This document shows, one piece after another, positions 50,684 through 62,479 of a DNA stretch of 64,000 nucleotides. The translations under genes were made by a program, and so were the position numbers. Within the stretch, counting starts at the first letter, position 1, and every line of letters starts with the position of its first letter. Source of the stretch: Squalus acanthias (Eukaryota); NCBI GenBank assembly GCA_030390025.1, contig CM059432.1, forward strand, positions 28,336,001-28,400,000, in the 5' to 3' direction. Below the pieces are notes generated by a model, which had not been told where the DNA came from, searched no databases, and worked only from the letters and a program-made list of their open reading frames with translations.

Positions 50684-52095
50684 AGGGAGTGTGTCAATAC
50701 TAGCAGGGAGTTCCCAGCAGTGTGTCAATACTTGCAGGGGATCTCCAGGAGTGTGTCAATATTTGCAGGGGGTCCCCGGGAGTGTGTCAATATTTGCAGG
50801 GGGTTCCCAGGAGTGTGTCAATATTTGCAGGGGGTTCCCAGGAGTGTGTCAATATTTGCAGGGGGTTCCCGGGAGTGTGTCAATATTTGCAGGGGGTTCC
50901 CAGGAGTGTGTCAATATTTGCAGGGGGTTCCCGGGAGTGTGTCAATAATTGCAGGGGGTCCCCGGGAGTGTGTCAATATTTGCAGGGGGTCCCTGGAAGT
51001 GTGTAAATATTTGTAGGGGGTCCCCAGGAGTGTGTCAATATTTGTAGGGGGTTCCCAGGAGTGTGTCAATATTTGCAGGGGGTTCCCGGGAGTGTGTCAA
51101 TAATTGCAGGGGGTTCCCAGGAGTGTGTCAATATTTGCAGGGGGTCCCTGGAAGTGTGTAAATATTTGTAGGGGGTCCCCAGGAGTGTGTCAATATTTGC
51201 AGTATGTCCCCAGGAGTGTGTCAATATTTGCAGGGGGTCCCCGGGAGTGTGTAAATATTTGCAGGGGGTCCCCGGGAGTGTGTCAATAATTGCAGGGGGT
51301 CCCCGGGAGTGTGTCAATATTTGTAGGGGTTCCCCAGGAGTGTGTCAATATTTGTAGGGGGTTCCCAGGAGTGTGTCAATATTTGTAGGGGGTTCCCAGG
51401 AGTGTGTCAATATTTGTAGGGGGTCCCCTGGAGTGTGTCAATATTTGTAGGGGGTTCCCAGGAGTGTGTCAATATTTGTAGGGGGTCCCCGGGAGTGTGT
51501 CAATATTTGCAGTATGTCCCCGGGAGTGTGTCAATATTTGCAGGGGGTCCCCGGGAGTGTGACAATATTTGCAGGGAGTCCCCGGGAGTGTGTCAATATT
51601 TGTAGGGGGTTCCCAGGAGTGTGTCAATATTTGCAGTATGTCCCCAGGAGTGTGTCAATATTTGTAGGGGGTCCCCAGGAGTGTGTCAATATTTGCAGGG
51701 GGTTCCCAGGAGTGTGTCAACATTTGCAGGGGGTTCCCAGGAGTGTGTCAATATTTGTAGGAGGTTCCCAGGAGTGTGTCAATATTTGTAGGAGGTTCCC
51801 AGGAGTGTGTCAACATTTGCAGGGGGTCCCCAGGAGTGTGTCGATATTTGTAGGGCGTCACCAGGACCATGTCAATATTTCCAGGGAGTCCCCGGGAGTG
51901 TGTCAATATTTGCAGGGGGTCCCCGGGAGTGTGTTAATATTTGCAGGGGGTCCCCGGGAGTGTGTCAATATTTGCAGGGGGTCCCCGGGAGTGTGTCAAT
52001 ATTTGCAGGTGGTCCCCGGGAGTGTGTTAATATTTGCAGGGGGGTCCCCGTGAGCGTATCAATATTTGCAGGGGGTCCCCGGGAGTGTGTTAATA
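50684..52095 (+). repeat. 31-bp minisatellite, about 45 copies, TG intron 3
   Basis: Unit GGAGTGTGTCAATATTTGCAGGGGGT(C/T)CCC(G/A) repeated in tandem. Confidence 0.97.
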
Positions 52096-52364
52096 CTGGC
52101 AGGAATTGTACCAGAATTGTACAAGTATTTCCAGGGGCTCCTCCACACAGATGAGTTTCGAGTCTCTGTTCAAGAATTTGAAGGGAATCCATGGCAAATT
52201 GCTGACTGTGGTGAAGGGTTTAAATACCAGAGGGCTGGGGAACAGTTTGAAAATTAGATAGTTAGAATTACAAAAGTGTTCAAAAGCTACAGATGAAAAG
52301 GATGGCAAAACAAATTATTATTATTCTCGGCTGGTGATTATTCTGGGTGCTCTCATATACTTAC

Positions 52365-52462
52365 AGGCAGTTGCTAATGTGGTTTGATTGCTACCTGACA
52401 CCACATCACCTTCGTTACTGACGCACCAGCAGGACCGTCCATCCTTCGTGCACTGCACATTC
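52365..52462 (-). CDS. TG: Thyroglobulin exon 3 (NVQCTKDGRSCWCVSNEGDVVSGSNQTTLATAC)
   Basis: 98 nt, AG/GT bounded, QC..CWCV type-1 repeat motif. Confidence 0.95.
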
Positions 52463-52799
52463 CTGCATCAAGCAGCGTGTTATTAAAACCGTGACGACAA
52501 GCAAACGTTTGCATATATTGCAACAGTCATGGAATAATGGACGTGGATGAATAGCCCCGAAATTGTCAGAGGCCGCTGTCGGTGTGGAGTCTCACTGGAC
52601 CAGAGCACAGATCACAGGATCTGGTGTGGAGCTCGGCAGGTCCAGATTGAGGAGCTCTTGCTTTTCCAGCTGTTCAATTCGTACCTGGAAAATTGGATGC
52701 CCCACGAATCCAGCCCACTGACATTCATACCCGATTTTTTAAGATCTTCGATCTGGATGTGCGAGCCTCCACACAAGGAGCGGAGCCTCACAATTTAGA

Positions 52800-53632
52800 C
52801 TAGGCTTGTATTACCTCGAGTATCAAAGATTAACTGAGTGATCTAACTGAGGTGTTGAGGATGATTAAAGGATTTGATAGGGTGGATAGAGAGAAACTAG
52901 TTCCTCTGGTGGGAGGTTCAGAGCAAGGTGGCGTAACCTTAAAATTAGAGCTAGGCCTTGTCAGGAAGCACTTCTTCAGAAAGAAAGGAAAGACTTGCAT
53001 TTATATAGCACCTTTCACGACCACCGGACGTCTCAAAGCGCTTTACAACCAATGAAGTACTTTATTTTTTAAGTGGAGTCACTGTTGTAATGTGGGAAAC
53101 ACAGCAGCCAATTTGCACACAGCAAGCTCCCACAAACAGCAATGTGATAATGACCAGATAATCTGGTTTTTGTTGTGTTGATCAAGGGATAAATATTGGC
53201 CATGGGATCTTTTACGTCCACGAGCAGACGGGGCCTCGGTTTAACGTCTCAACTGAAAGACAGCACCTCCGACAGTACAGCACTCCCTCAGCACTGCACT
53301 GGAGTGTCAGCCTAGCTTTATGTGCTCAAGTTCCTGGCATGGGACTTAAACCCACAACCTTCTGACTTAGAAGGCAAGTGTGCTACCCACTGAGCCACAG
53401 CTCATACTTCAAGCAAGCACTAGTGGAAATCTGGAACTCTCTCCCCCAAAAAGCTGTTGATGCTATTCGAAATTCAAAACTGGGATAGATAGATTTTTGT
53501 TGGGTAGGAGTATTAAGGAATATGAAACTAAAGGCTGGTAAATGGAGTTAAGTTACAGATCAGTCATGATCTGATTGAATGGTGGAACAGGCTCGAGGGA
53601 CTAAATGGTTACTCCTGTTCCTATGTTCCTAT
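52800..53632 (+). mobile_element. CR1 3' fragment interrupted by a Deu-SINE (about 52980-53405, minus)
   Basis: CR1 text breaks at AAGCACTTCTTCA and resumes at TAGTGGAAATCTGGAAC; TTCCTATG tail. Confidence 0.8.
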
Positions 53633-54296
53633 GCTCAGAACCAATGTGTGTATCTCAGAATTAATCATTTCACTCCTGATCCTTGGTGAGGTGTTAACAC
53701 CTAATGTACAGTCATACTTGCACTTCTGTCCTGTAAACCTTTATGGTTCTAAATTCACTGGGTTGTAGTTGCCTGGTTTGTCCCTTCCTTCTGTTTTGGA
53801 TAATGGTGTAATGTTTGCTACCTTACAATCCTCTGGTATCATCCCTGAAAGAAACGAGCTTCAGAAGAATCCCAACTAATGCTTCGCCAACTTTCTCACC
53901 TATTCTTTTTAATATCTTAGGCTGGAAACCATTTGGGCTTGGAAGTTGGTTTTAATCCCATTATTTTACCTATTTTAAATTTTCTATTTACACTAATGCT
54001 TGTAAGTTCTTCCACTTCTCTAGAAATTCACTAGAAAGTCTTCCCTTTACCTCTGCTATCGTATCCTCCTTTCGCTCTGCAAAGACCAAAGCAATCTACT
54101 GTCATACCTAAAATTAACTTTAATGGGCCCATCTCCTCCTTTACCATTCCCTTTATCACGATGGACTTACAAAAAAAATCAGTGATACAACTCCCCTCAA
54201 TACATGGCCGAAGCATCCAAACCCTCTTTCCCTGACTCTTCCTACACCAGCTCATATGTTAGAAATAAACATGTTAAAATGGATGGGTTCTCCTAC

Positions 54297-54402
54297 CTGT
54301 ATTTGCCATCCTGGGAGCATTGGGGAATGTAGGTGTCGTTCATCTGGGAGGCTTCTCTCTTCAGCTCACAAGAGCTCAGATGCTGGGACTCCTGCTGGTA
54401 TT
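54297..54402 (-). CDS. TG: Thyroglobulin exon 2 (EYQQESQHLSSCELKREASQMNDTYIPQCSQDGKYR)
   Basis: tgtag|AATACCAG ... TACAG|gtagga; 106 nt; hormonogenic EY motif and start of type-1 repeat. Confidence 0.95.
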
Positions 54403-57141
54403 CTACAGTACAGCACAGTTAAGAATCAACTCAAACAGAACCAAGAGGAATCTAATGAGAGAATATTGTAGGTACATGGTGGTTTAGATTGAGATAAACC
54501 TGGCAATAAATGTCAACCTGGCCAGTAACACCCACATCCTGAGAATGAATAATTAAAAAAATTATAAACAGAATACATGTTGAGATATGGTACCTATTTA
54601 TCATTTTTTTAAATGATTTATTCTTGGGATGAGGGTGTTGCTGGTAAGGGTGGCATTTATTGCCCATCCCTAGTTGCCCTGAGCAGGTTTTGATGGGCCT
54701 TTTCCTTGAATTACTGATACAAATTTGGTACAACTGAGTGACCTGCTAGGCCACATCAGAGGACAGTTAAGAGTCAACTATATTGGTGAAGGACCGGAGT
54801 CCCATTTCGGCCAGACCAGGTAAGGACGGCAGATTTCCTTCCCAAAAGGACATTAGTGAATCAGTTAATTTTTTGCGACAATCCGACAGCTTCATGGTCA
54901 CTTTTACTGATATAGTACCAGCTTTTTATTTCTAGAATTTTCTAAACTGAGTTCAAATTCACAAACTGCCATGGTGGGATTTAAACTCACATTCTTTGAA
55001 TTACTAGACTAGTAACATAACGACTAGACTACCGTGCCCATCCTTAACGACAACAACAACAACTTGTATTTGTATAGCGCCTTTAACGCAGTAAAACGTC
55101 CCAAAGCACTTCACAGGAGTACTATAAGACAAAAAATTTGACACCGAGCCACATAAGGAGAAATTAGGGCAGATGACCAAATGCTTGGTCAAAGGGGTAG
55201 TAATATAATAATATGTTAACAAATGTATCTCAAATTCAATCTTTGCAATCTTATTGTTACGTTAACACTGGTCTATATGGCTCTATTAGTATTTCAGAGT
55301 GTAGATGTTGCACCGTTTATTATTTATTCTGCTGTGGCTCTTTAGGCCTGTCAACAACAACAGGAGCTTACATTTATAAAGAGCTCTTCAAGTGCGAGTT
55401 AGGATCAATGTTCCCTCTAATTTTTTGGGGGGTCACGTGGCCCCTTTAATGGACTGGGCGCCCATTCAAAATTCCACGCATGCACAGTTTTTCCCTTTAA
55501 AAGCTGATGGAGCCAACTGCACAGGACCTCCAGAGCGTTGCGTGGCCATGCATCTTAAAGGGAACATTGGTTAGGATACCTCGGGCATTTAGAATGAGAA
55601 GAAAAGGGACACAGCAGACATTGGCATGAGGAAGGCAGAGTGAGTTTGAGAGGCTTGGATTGAAAACCGAAGGAAGAATCAAAGAGGAGGGTTTTGAAAG
55701 CAACGAGGGAGGTGGCAAGACAGAGGGAACTGGGTATGGAGGTTCAGAGGGCAAGAGCTTACTGGCTGAAGAAGTGGACACTGATGGTGAAGTGGATGGA
55801 GTGAGGAGGATTCCAGTGTTATAGGAGCGCATGGAGCTAGGGATGAAGAGAGGTCCTATGTTAGAGGAGCGGAGGATAGATACAGGTTAAGGCAGGAGGA
55901 GATCGCTAAGGTAGAATGGGCAGAGCCATGGAAAGAATTGAAATTAGGACGAGAATTTTGAAATTGACTGGAGAGGATGGGAGTGGTACTAATATGGGAC
56001 TTAGTATGGATGAGGACATGCACTGCAGCAATTTGGATAAGAGTCAATGTGGGAGGCAGCCAAGAAGTCATTGGAAAAGTTAAGCCTTGAGGAGGTGAAG
56101 GCATGGACTAGGCTTTCGACAGCAGAAGGGGAGATGGGGTGGAGGCGCGGCAATGTTGCAGAGGTTGAAGAAAGTCATTTTGGTAATGGGACAAATGTAG
56201 AGTAGAATGCTGAGCTTTGGATCAAGCAGGACACCATTGATTCCATACCTTTTGGTTCAGTTTGAGATGGCAGTGGGAAGGTTAATGGCATTTTGAGGGA
56301 CAAAGGTGGTAGAGGGGTTGGGAATATAAGGAAAAAAAGGATGTAACATAGGTTATTACTTATGATGTTGACCAATGTAGTCTTATTCCAATGGAACATA
56401 AACTTGACTACAGGGCCATGGGAAATTTTTGGTTTGCCCATGAGCGCTCCAGTACAAATTTTCCAAGTAATCGTATGTTCTTAATAACTACCAGATTTCG
56501 GTTTCATGAGTCCCTTGTCCTGATTATTGGTCCCTCTAGAAATGCACCTCCTACTGCACCAATGAGACATTTCCATTTTGTGCAACAGCCACTCTTCTGA
56601 CCTCTCTGAGTAAGATTTCCAATTCGGTGCTGAGTTCAGGGAGATTTGGGCTGTAGAACTGCACTTAATGGAGATTGGGTACAGACTGCCCAAGCTCATT
56701 TCTCATGAAAGTCTTACAGCCGACAGCAAGAGGTTTTCATCCCATTAGTCTGAACTGGATTCAGACATAGCTCTCATTGGTCAAAAGGACACTCACAGTG
56801 TCACTCACACCACTACTGACGTTGCTTGTTTTCAAAATATAACAAGCATTGTCCAAAAGGAATCACTGAATAGCAATCAGGATTCAGGTCTCTGACTAAT
56901 CTTTCCCTCTCTTAGCTCAGGGGTACAGAGGCCAACTGTAGCACTGCAATTCTCTCCTGGCCGAGATAAGCCAACTCAGCACAGACCAGGATCAAACCTG
57001 GAACCTTCCTGACCTATATGGGTTTGTACCGCACTGGGAAGCTAACTTAACAAGTGAGCAATCAGGGAGCCCTAACCTCAGTGATTAAAAAAACTTCCAC
57101 TAATTCTCTTACACATCAGAAAGTATTTGATGATTCCTTAC

Positions 57142-57208
57142 CAGAAACCACAGCTGCTGCGATGCAGATGCAGAGGAGGGCGACTAGGACGGTTCCTATG
57201 TGCCCCAT
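57142..57208 (-). CDS. TG: Thyroglobulin exon 1 (signal peptide MGHIGTVLVALLCICIAAAVVS-)
   Basis: 67-nt coding exon, hydrophobic signal peptide, donor G|GTAAGG, phase 1 joins exon 2 to give E23-Y24. Confidence 0.9.
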
Positions 57209-57261
57209 TGCTTCTCCTGCACGCCCAGTGAAGAAGCTGTCCAACCTGGCCAGCTCCCTCC

Positions 57262-57270
57262 CTTTATATA
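57262..57270 (-). promoter_or_regulatory. TATA box of TG
   Basis: Minus strand reads TATATAAAG about 55 nt upstream of the TG ATG (57208); ATG context GCAATGG. Confidence 0.8.
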
Positions 57271-58477
57271 AAGCCATCAGGTCTGTGTGGGCCGTTCAAG
57301 CCAGACGTGGTCTGGAACGAGTGAGGCGCATCCAGCGCTTCGGATTGAAACATAAGAGCTGTCTGACGTAGGTTCTGTGACTTGAAACAAAACAAAGCTT
57401 CTTAAGTGGACTGTGTAGAGTCTCCTAAATGCTCACTAATGTAGAAAACGGCCTCCCCTCTTCAAATTCCATATAGAGAACCTTGAATTGTGACCCCTTT
57501 GGCACGGTGCAAATTCAGTCATTTATTTTTTGTAAATGTTATGCAGGAAACAGAAAACGTTTAGATTTTGGGCATCAAGTGGTCAGATACAGTGCGGTTA
57601 GACATATAGCCAGCTCAGGTATGCTATGGTAAGGTGCAAAATAAAACTCCCTCTACTCTTCCCCAATTTCACAAGAGCATCCCTACTGTAGCAGTGTGAC
57701 ATTTTTCAGTCCAGCCCAGATCGATGGGATGACAATCTCCTCTATCTGCTGGCTGTAAGCGTCCTGTTAAAATGGGTTGGGCTGTCTGAATCCCGTTTCT
57801 AATGAGCATGTACCCACAGCACATAGCTGAATTGGAAATAAATTGACAATCTCATTCAGAGAGACAATCTTTCTGCAGGACGGCTGTGTGGAGAAACTTT
57901 AATAGTACTCTATTGGCTATGAAGCACTGTGGAAAATCATGATGATATGAAAGACGCAATACAAATATAGGTGTCAGTCGTGGCTCAATAGTAGGGCTCT
58001 CGCCTCTGAGTCAGAAGGTTGTGGGTTCCAAATCCCACTCCAGAGACTCGAGCACAAATTCTAGGTTGACACTTCATTGCAGTACTGAGTGAGTACTGCA
58101 CTGTTGCAGGTGCTGTCTTTCAGATGAGATGCTAAACCGAGGCCCTACCTGCACTCTCAGGTGGACGTAAAAGATCCCACACCACTATTTGAAGAAGAGC
58201 AGGGAGCTCTCCCTGGTGTCCTGGCCAGTATCTATACCTTAAGCAACACCTAAAACAGATGATCTGGTCATTTATTTCGTTGCGGTTTGTGGGAGCTTGC
58301 GGTGCGCATTTCCTACATTACAACAATGACTGTACTTCATTGGCTGTAAAGTGCTTTGGGACGTTGTGAAAGGTGTTGTATAAATGCAAGTTCTTTATTA
58401 GATATTGAAGATATTGACCCCCTTACACGGATACAATTTTATGGGCATAGGTTGTAATTACCACATCTTCCATGTGT

Positions 58478-59634
58478 CTAAGAGGTTGGTAAACAAAATT
58501 AGGGCACATGGAATTGGGGGTAATATACTAGCATGGATTGAGAATTGGTTAACAGACAGAAAACAAAGAGTAGGGATAAACGTTTTTTTTCAGGATGGCA
58601 GGCTGTGACTAGTGGGGTACCGCAAGAATTGGTGCTTGGGCCCCAGCTATTCACAATCTATATCAATGATTTGGATGAGGGGACTAAATATAACATTTCC
58701 AAATTTGCTGATGATACAAAGCTAGGTGGCAGTGTCAGTTGCGAAGAGGATGTGAAGAGGCTTCAAGGGGATCTCGACAGGCTCAGTGAGTGGGCGAGAA
58801 CATGGCAGATGGAATATAATGTGGATAAATGTGAAGTTATCCACTTTGGTAGAAAAAACAGAAAGGCAGAGTATTTCCTAAAAGGTGAAAGATTGGGGAA
58901 TGCAGATGGTCAAAGGGACCTGGGTGTCCTTGTACATGAGTCACTGAAAGTGAATGTGCAGGTGCAGCAAGCCATTGGGAAGGCAAATGGTATGCTGGCC
59001 TTCATTACAAGAGGATTTGAGTACAAGAGTAAAGAAGTCTTACTCCAATTATATAGGGCCTTGGTGAGACCACACCTGGAGTACTGTGTACAATTTTGGT
59101 CTCTTTACCTAAGGAAGGATATACTTGCCATAGAGGGAGTGCAACGAAGGTTCACGAGATTAATTCCTGGGATGGCGGGACTATCGTATGAGAAGAGATT
59201 GAGTAAACTAGGCCTGTATTCTCTTGAATTCAGAAGAATGAGAGGGGATCTCATTGAAGCATACAAAATTATTACAGGGCTTGATAGGGTGGATGCTGGG
59301 AGAATGTTTCCCTTGGCTGGGGAGTCTAGAACCAGGGGCCACAGCCTCAGGATAAAGGATAGGCCATTCAGGACTGAGATGAGAAGAAATTTCTTCACAC
59401 AGAGGTTGGTGAATCTTTGGAATTCTCTACCCCAGAGGGCTGTGGAGGCTCAATCATTGGGTATATTCAAAACAGAAGTCGATAGATTTCTGACTAGTAA
59501 AGGCATCAAGGGATATGGCGATAGGGCCGGTGAATGGAGTTGAGGCAGAAGATCAGCCATGATCTCATTGAATGGCGGAGCAGGCTCGAAGGGCTGAATA
59601 GCCTACTCCTGCTCCTATTTCTTATGTTCTTATG
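58478..59634 (+). mobile_element. CR1 LINE, 5'-truncated
   Basis: ORF 58545..59543 with KFADDTK and RPHLEYC; one frameshift near 58580; TTCTTATG tail. Confidence 0.95.
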
Positions 59635-60599
59635 ATTCATGTGTGAGCCTCAATACTGAGTGTGGAAAAGTTATCTAATTATGGGGATATCACAGCCAAG
59701 CCCCAAGCTGTGTTAACCTTACACTTCTAACTGGGGTTGCTCAATGGCTATCAGGAGGAGGGACTCTGGTTGATTTTCCCCCTTTCTTAAACCAGGCTAA
59801 TTTTAGGGCTGCTATTACTATCCTGATTGAGATTTGCTAATTCAGCTGATCTCCCACCAGTGCCTGCTGCTGCATCAAATATGCAAATCTGTGGATGTTG
59901 GGTGAGAATTGAATCTAACTCAGTTGTAATGTTTCCCCATTGCTGAAGTATCTCCTACTGCTCACTGTCTAGGTTGATGCATGAAGAATGGCCATTTGGA
60001 CGAAGTGCCAGAAGGAACCCTGCGGAACTGTAACCCAGCTTGAATCAAAGCAGGAGGGAAAATTGGGGGGGGGGGGGGGGGGGGTGGAAGAAGGAAGAGG
60101 AGGGGAGAAAGAAACATAAATAGTGGAAGTGATACATTGCTCAGGTATCCCCGCAGGTTACAGAATACCATTCATGTGTCTCTATCCACCTTCTTGATTA
60201 GAGATGCGTTTATAGTGTTGGGAGAGGGAGTTTTTATAGAGACGATAAAAAAAATTGGAAAGTAAACAAAATGGTACATATTTAGTCAGAGAAAAATGGT
60301 TAAGAAATTTAAAAATCTTTCCATCTTCAGAAAATGTGGTAAATCTGGGTTCTTGTCTTTTCAACGCCTGAACTCTTTAAATATACATTTGCATGGGTGT
60401 TTGACTATGTTATCACAAAGTCAATGAAGAGCAGGCAGAACTGCGCCGCCCCAAAGCTCAAGTGTCTGTCTAGTTGTGGAGTCAAAGGAGCAATGACGCA
60501 TTTGTGCACAGACACTTGATGTTTTAAGTTTTCTGGAGATGTTTCAGAGAGTGGTCACCTCACAGGTTGCTAGGAGTAGAGAAGCTGGTAAAGGAGGAC

Positions 60600-61240
60600 T
60601 GGGTGACCATTGGCAGACAGGGCGGGAAGCAACAGGTGAGGGTAGCTGGAGTAATCTGGGAAGTTAGATTTGTCGAATTGCTATACCTGTTTAGGTACCG
60701 GTGATGTGGACAAAAAGGATGTCACAGAGCAGGATAATCATGAGCGACTTCAAGGCACTGGGGAGCGAGTGGTTACCCATGGGGGAAACAGAGTAGGTAG
60801 TAAGAATAGGCAAGTGGCAATTGTGGGGGATTCTATAGTCAGGGATAAATTGTTTCTGTAGACGCGATCCAGAGTCTCAAATGGTATGTTGCTTCCCAGG
60901 TGCCATGGTTCGGCAGATCACAGAGCGAATACAAAAGGTTCTGGAATGGGAGGGCGAGCAGCCAGAGGCCGTGCTTCTTGTGAGAACCAACAATAATATC
61001 TGGATTATTCCCAGTGCCACGCATTGGACTAGATGGGCAGAGAAAGATTAGGATTGTCAACGTGTGGCTGGAAGGATGGTGTTAAAGGGAGGGTTTCAGA
61101 TTCTTGAGACACTGGGGCTACCTTTGGGGCCAGGAAAGGTTGAACTGATGGGATAGCCTTCATCTAAACTGGAGAGGCACCCTTGTTCTTGCTGAAAGAG
61201 TAAATAAGGTAGTGGGGAAATATGTAAACTATTTAGTGGG
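60600..61240 (+). mobile_element. CR1 ORF1 (SGNH esterase-like) remnant
   Basis: LSNCY...VAIVGDSIVR, VCCFPGA and DSLHLN-like segments, frameshifted. Confidence 0.7.
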
Positions 61241-62479
61241 GGTGGGAGAGGAGAATTCACACAGTAAGTCAAAAAGTGTGAGAAAAAGACCAGCAGGACA
61301 TATGGGTAGGTTGGGGAGTTATCCAGATAATAGTTCTGTACACAAATGGCCTACTCCTGCTCTTATGTACAGATCCTAAGCAACAGCAGCCCTCGAGCAT
61401 TTACTTTGGAGCTGAGGTCATTACATAACCATCAGTGTAGGGAGTCCTGGGTGAGTTTTCACTTTCCTAGCTGAGGGACACTGAACTGTAGCACCCTCAT
61501 CATTCCCCCAGCTAAGATCAGCGAACTCATCTCAAACACAGGATTGAACTGGGGACCCTTCCTGGTCTGTTTGTCTTGATACCATGCAGGGCATTTACCC
61601 ATTTAGTTTTTAATAGGGGAGGACATCAGCAACACAGTTTGCATACCTAAAACACTAGCCCCTACCCTGAAGTACCCACATTACACCACTGACTACAGTT
61701 CAAAAGTACTGTGGCTGTGAAGTGCTTTTGAAAGGGATATATAAATGCAATTTCTTTCTTTGTTTCTTTCTTAGCTGTCAGTAAGAACAAAAACAAGGGT
61801 CAATGGGTAGACCTCAGCAGAACAAATACAAAAACTGGATCTCCACTACAGTAGATAAATAACCAACAGCATGAGCATCATTGTCGCACCTCAGGCAGGA
61901 TTTTACCGAAATGAAGAGGAAGGGCTTTATTATCGTCTTTCATGGCCTCAGGACGTCCCATAGTGCTTTACAGCTAATAAACAGTGCCGTCACCATTGTA
62001 ACATGTGGAAATGCTGAATGTCTATCTGGCGCATTAGGTAACACATTCATCTCAGAATGAGAAGGTTGCAGATTCAAGTCACACTCCAGGACTCGAGCAC
62101 ATAATCGAGGCTGATACTCCCGTGTACGACTGAGGGAGTGCTAAATTGCCAGAGATGCTGTCCTTCGGCTGAGTCATTAAACTGCCTGCTCCAGTTAGCC
62201 AGCTGATCAATAAGTTTCCATCGCGCTATTTTTTAAAAAAGCCAGAAGGTTTCCCTGGTATTCTTGTAAAACATTCCCTCCCTTCAAGCAAATGTTCATT
62301 CACCTCAGTACTATTTATGGGATCCTTTGGAGTACAAAATGGCTGCCACATTTGCCTACATAACAGTCACCACATTTCAAAGTCATCCAGTGTATGTAAA
62401 GTGTTTTGAGATGTTTCTGAGAGTTGTGATAGGGTATTAATTAAATACATTTCTTTGCTTCTTGTGATTTTTAAAAAAG

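Noticed and set aside
50684..52095. CRISPR-like array or Cys/Gly-rich protein gene
   Set aside because: Units are head-to-tail with no unique spacers in a eukaryotic intron; the ORFs are a by-product of the 31-nt period
52590..52690. Possible cryptic terminal exon (ttccag|VRIEQLEKQELLNLDL...*)
   Set aside because: Lies inside an apparent MITE (AGCCCCGAAATTGT...ACAATTTAGACT), is out of phase with exon 2, and exons 2 and 3 already join correctly
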